From contig CP154954.1 in NCBI GenBank assembly GCA_039621445.1, positions 40,479,572 to 40,543,571 on the forward strand: a DNA stretch of 64,000 nt, given 5' to 3'. Made by a program: the position numbers and the translations under genes. Position 1 is the first letter of the stretch. Each line of letters begins with the position of its first letter. The notes below the pieces were generated by a model. The model was not told the origin of the DNA. It saw only the letters and a program-made list of their open reading frames with translations, and ran no database searches. This DNA is from Euglena gracilis. Its lineage: Eukaryota. Positions 61,401 through 64,000 of the stretch are shown one piece after another.

Positions 61401-62924
61401 GAGGGTACTGCCAAAAAACATGTTTTTGAGGTGGACCCCCTTTTGTGAATTGTTGGTGTTATTGTTTCCTCCAGGTGAGTACACAGTGCAATACAGGAAC
61501 TCAACTGAACTAAGGACCATGGTTTTTTGGGTTGCACACACAGGCCGGTGGGTTCTTCGCACGCAGTCCCACGCCACTGCCACACACTTGCTTCCCCGCG
61601 CACACACCACCCCAACACTCACGCAAACCCTCACCGCATATGCACTCAGAAGTGGTGGAACCACACATCAAAATTTCGAGCTTGTGTGTGATTTGTTGTT
61701 TGGTGGGCAGGGGGGGCCAAAATGGGGAGGCTGGCAGCCGGCCCCCCCCCGCAGGAGCGGCACGCAGGAGCGCATGGCTCGCCCTTGCCCCCCACCTCCA
61801 CCTGCCCAAACCGTCCACTCCTTGGCCAGGTGTGGTGTTTTGGCCTGCATCAGTGGGAAGGGGGGCTGGGCTGTGAGCGAGTGTCCGCATTCCGGTTGAC
61901 CAGAATGAAAATGGCAACGGTGTCAAAAAAAAGGCAAAGCACCAGATTCTTCCGCACCAATTTTTTTGGTTCAATGGGAGGTGAGGGTGAAAGTACCCCC
62001 CCCCCCCGTGATCATGGTTTAATGTTAAGAATTTCCGTCTTGAAAAACCTGCTGCCAGCCTTTCAAGCTCAAAAAAAAACCAGTCCCCCGTATGACCACC
62101 ATGTTTTTTTTTTTCAAACCGCTTGTTCCTGGGGGTTCCCCCTTCCCCCCGTGCCCTGGAAATTGGGCATGGCAGACATGAACAGGGGGGGAGGGGAATC
62201 AAATTTTTTTGCATAATGCAGCACAACTTAAAACGGCTCCGCCCCCAAATTTTTTTCCATTTTTTTTTTTTTTTTTTATTATTGAAATTTTTTTTTTTTT
62301 TTTTGAATTCCTTTGGGTTTTTTTGTTTTTTTTTTTTTTTTTGCATTTTTTTTTTTTTGCATAAATACCCCCCCCCCAAGGAAAAATGGTTTGTAAGTTT
62401 CCGAAGTCTTGAAAAATGCTGCCCCCTTTGGATTTGCATATTGCATCACAAAATCAAATATTTTTTCCCTGGAAAATTTTTTTATTTTTGGAATGTTGCC
62501 ATATTTTATTGGAATTTTGGCAGGGCAGCATAAAATATTTTGCCCTGGAAAAAAATTTTCCTAGGCAGCAAAGCTTGATATTCCAGCTCTCATGTTTTTC
62601 ATGCAAGTTGCATTTTTTTGCATTTTTTTGCATTTTTTTGCATTTTTTTGACTTGCATAATTTGAAGGGCCCAGTTGCATCCCCCCCGGGCTTTTCTAAA
62701 AAAATTTTGCTATTTTCGACGTTTTGGTGGATGGATCTAGATCAAAGCTGGGGGCTGTGATGGAGGAAGCGGTGGTGAAGGGAAAAAATGCAGGCTGGCC
62801 CCGACTTTATTTCACTCGCCCCCAGGGGGGGGGGCTCCCTGCCCGAATTTGGGCTGCTGGCTGGATTTGAGCTGGCTGGTTGGACCCCTCCACGTGGTGT
62901 GTCGGGAAGGAGGCCAGCGCCAGC

Positions 62925-63421
62925 CATACATCTCTCTAAGGTTTTGCGAACCCCCCCCCCCCCGGGGGGGGGCGGCTGCAGCCAGCCCCGATTTGGGCCC
63001 AGCCCAAGCCTCAGCAACAGCCCCCCCCCCGGGGGGGGGTGCTGCTAGCCCAGCTAGCCAGCCCATTTTTTTTTTGGGGGTCCAGCCCAAAATTTTTCGG
63101 GGGGGCGCGAAGCGCCGAAATTATTTGAAAAACTTTGTTCAAAATTGGCCAAAAATGGGGTTTGGGGGGTGTTTGGGGCATTTTTGGGGGGTTTCAGAGG
63201 CATCAGCTGGGTTTTTTCAAACTGTGTTCTGCAGGTCATTTTTTGGGGCATTTTTTTTTTCCGATTTCAGTCCAGCCTCGCCCGGTTCGGGTCCAGCCGG
63301 GGCCTAGCCCCCCCCCCCCCCCCCGGGGGGGGGCGGGCTAGCCAGCCCAAATTTCTAGCCAGCCCAAATTTCTAGCCCTAGCCCAGCAACCCCCCCCCCG
63401 GGGTCCTTAGAGAGATGTATG
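62925..63421. mobile_element. hAT-like MITE, 17-bp TIR CATACATCTCTCTAAGG, perfect TSD GCGCCAGC; partial second copy at ~63600-63720
   Basis: GCGCCAGC|CATACATCTCTCTAAGG ... CCTTAGAGAGATGTATG|GCGCCAGC, with internal CTAGCCC subterminal repeats. Confidence 0.92.
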
Positions 63422-63941
63422 GCGCCAGCGCGACGGTCTGCCTGGCCACCCCTTTGGTGGTGTGAATGGTTTCGCATCCCAACCCACAACCCCCCCACAA
63501 AAGCTGGTCAGAAACTTTTTTCCAGAATGCATTTTTTAAAGGTTTTGTTATGTTTTCTGACGTATTTTGGCATTTTGACCAAATGCTTTTTTTTAAGAAG
63601 CCCCGCCCCCCCCCCCCCGGGGGGGGCGGGCTAGCGCCAAGCCCAAATTTCTAGCCAGCCCCAAATTTTCTAGCCCGTAGGCCCAGCAACCCCCCCCCCT
63701 GGGTCCTTAGAGAGATGTAAATGGCTTGGTTGGGAGGCCAACGTTTCCCCATTGAGGCTGGAGGTGATTTGCTTTTTTTTGGCTGAGCGAACTGCAGCAT
63801 GCTGCATTTTCCCCAGAATTTTGTGTGGTTGTCAGTCCCCACGCCCCTCAGTATCCGTATGTGTTGTTGTTTCCCCCAGGTGGCTATACAGCACAACACA
63901 GGAACAAAGCTGAGCATGTTCTCTTTTTGAGGAGGCTTGCA

Positions 63942-63994
63942 GACACACACACACACACACACACACACATGTGCGCGCACGCGTACACACACAC
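63942..63994. repeat. (CA)n microsatellite
   Basis: Directly visible. Confidence 0.9.
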
Positions 63995-64000
63995 AGACGC

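Overview
Repeat-dominated eukaryotic nuclear DNA, most likely from a euglenid. That assignment is an inference from a TTAGGG-type interstitial telomeric tract, GTGTG/GTGCG/GTTTG and GC donors on small GC-rich exons, 52-63 nt introns beside kb-sized ones, and CAG...CTG hairpin elements. The sequence has clear long-read-type homopolymer errors. Layout: a 78-bp (44+34) satellite with an internal inversion (1-4318); a perfect 10-bp minisatellite; a plus-strand gene broken into at least 13 tiny exons (15.4-24.7 kb, possibly extending 11.4-39.5 kb) encoding an unrecognised Pro/Ala-rich protein with several hydrophobic segments; 50-bp and 29-bp minisatellites; and a ~18-kb array of a ~200-bp satellite (42-61 kb). 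Almost all listed ORFs are repeat artefacts. The most interesting structure is a set of about 14 short non-autonomous TIR elements from several families, with CAG/CAT...CTG/ATG ends and 8-bp target-site duplications (hAT-like), including one filled/empty site pair. Their geometry (3 nt + CAG ... CTG + 5 nt = one 8-bp TSD) matches the euglenid nonconventional-intron signature. A TA-flanked TIR element carries three copies of the large satellite monomer. No transposase, rRNA, tRNA or CRISPR array was recognised.
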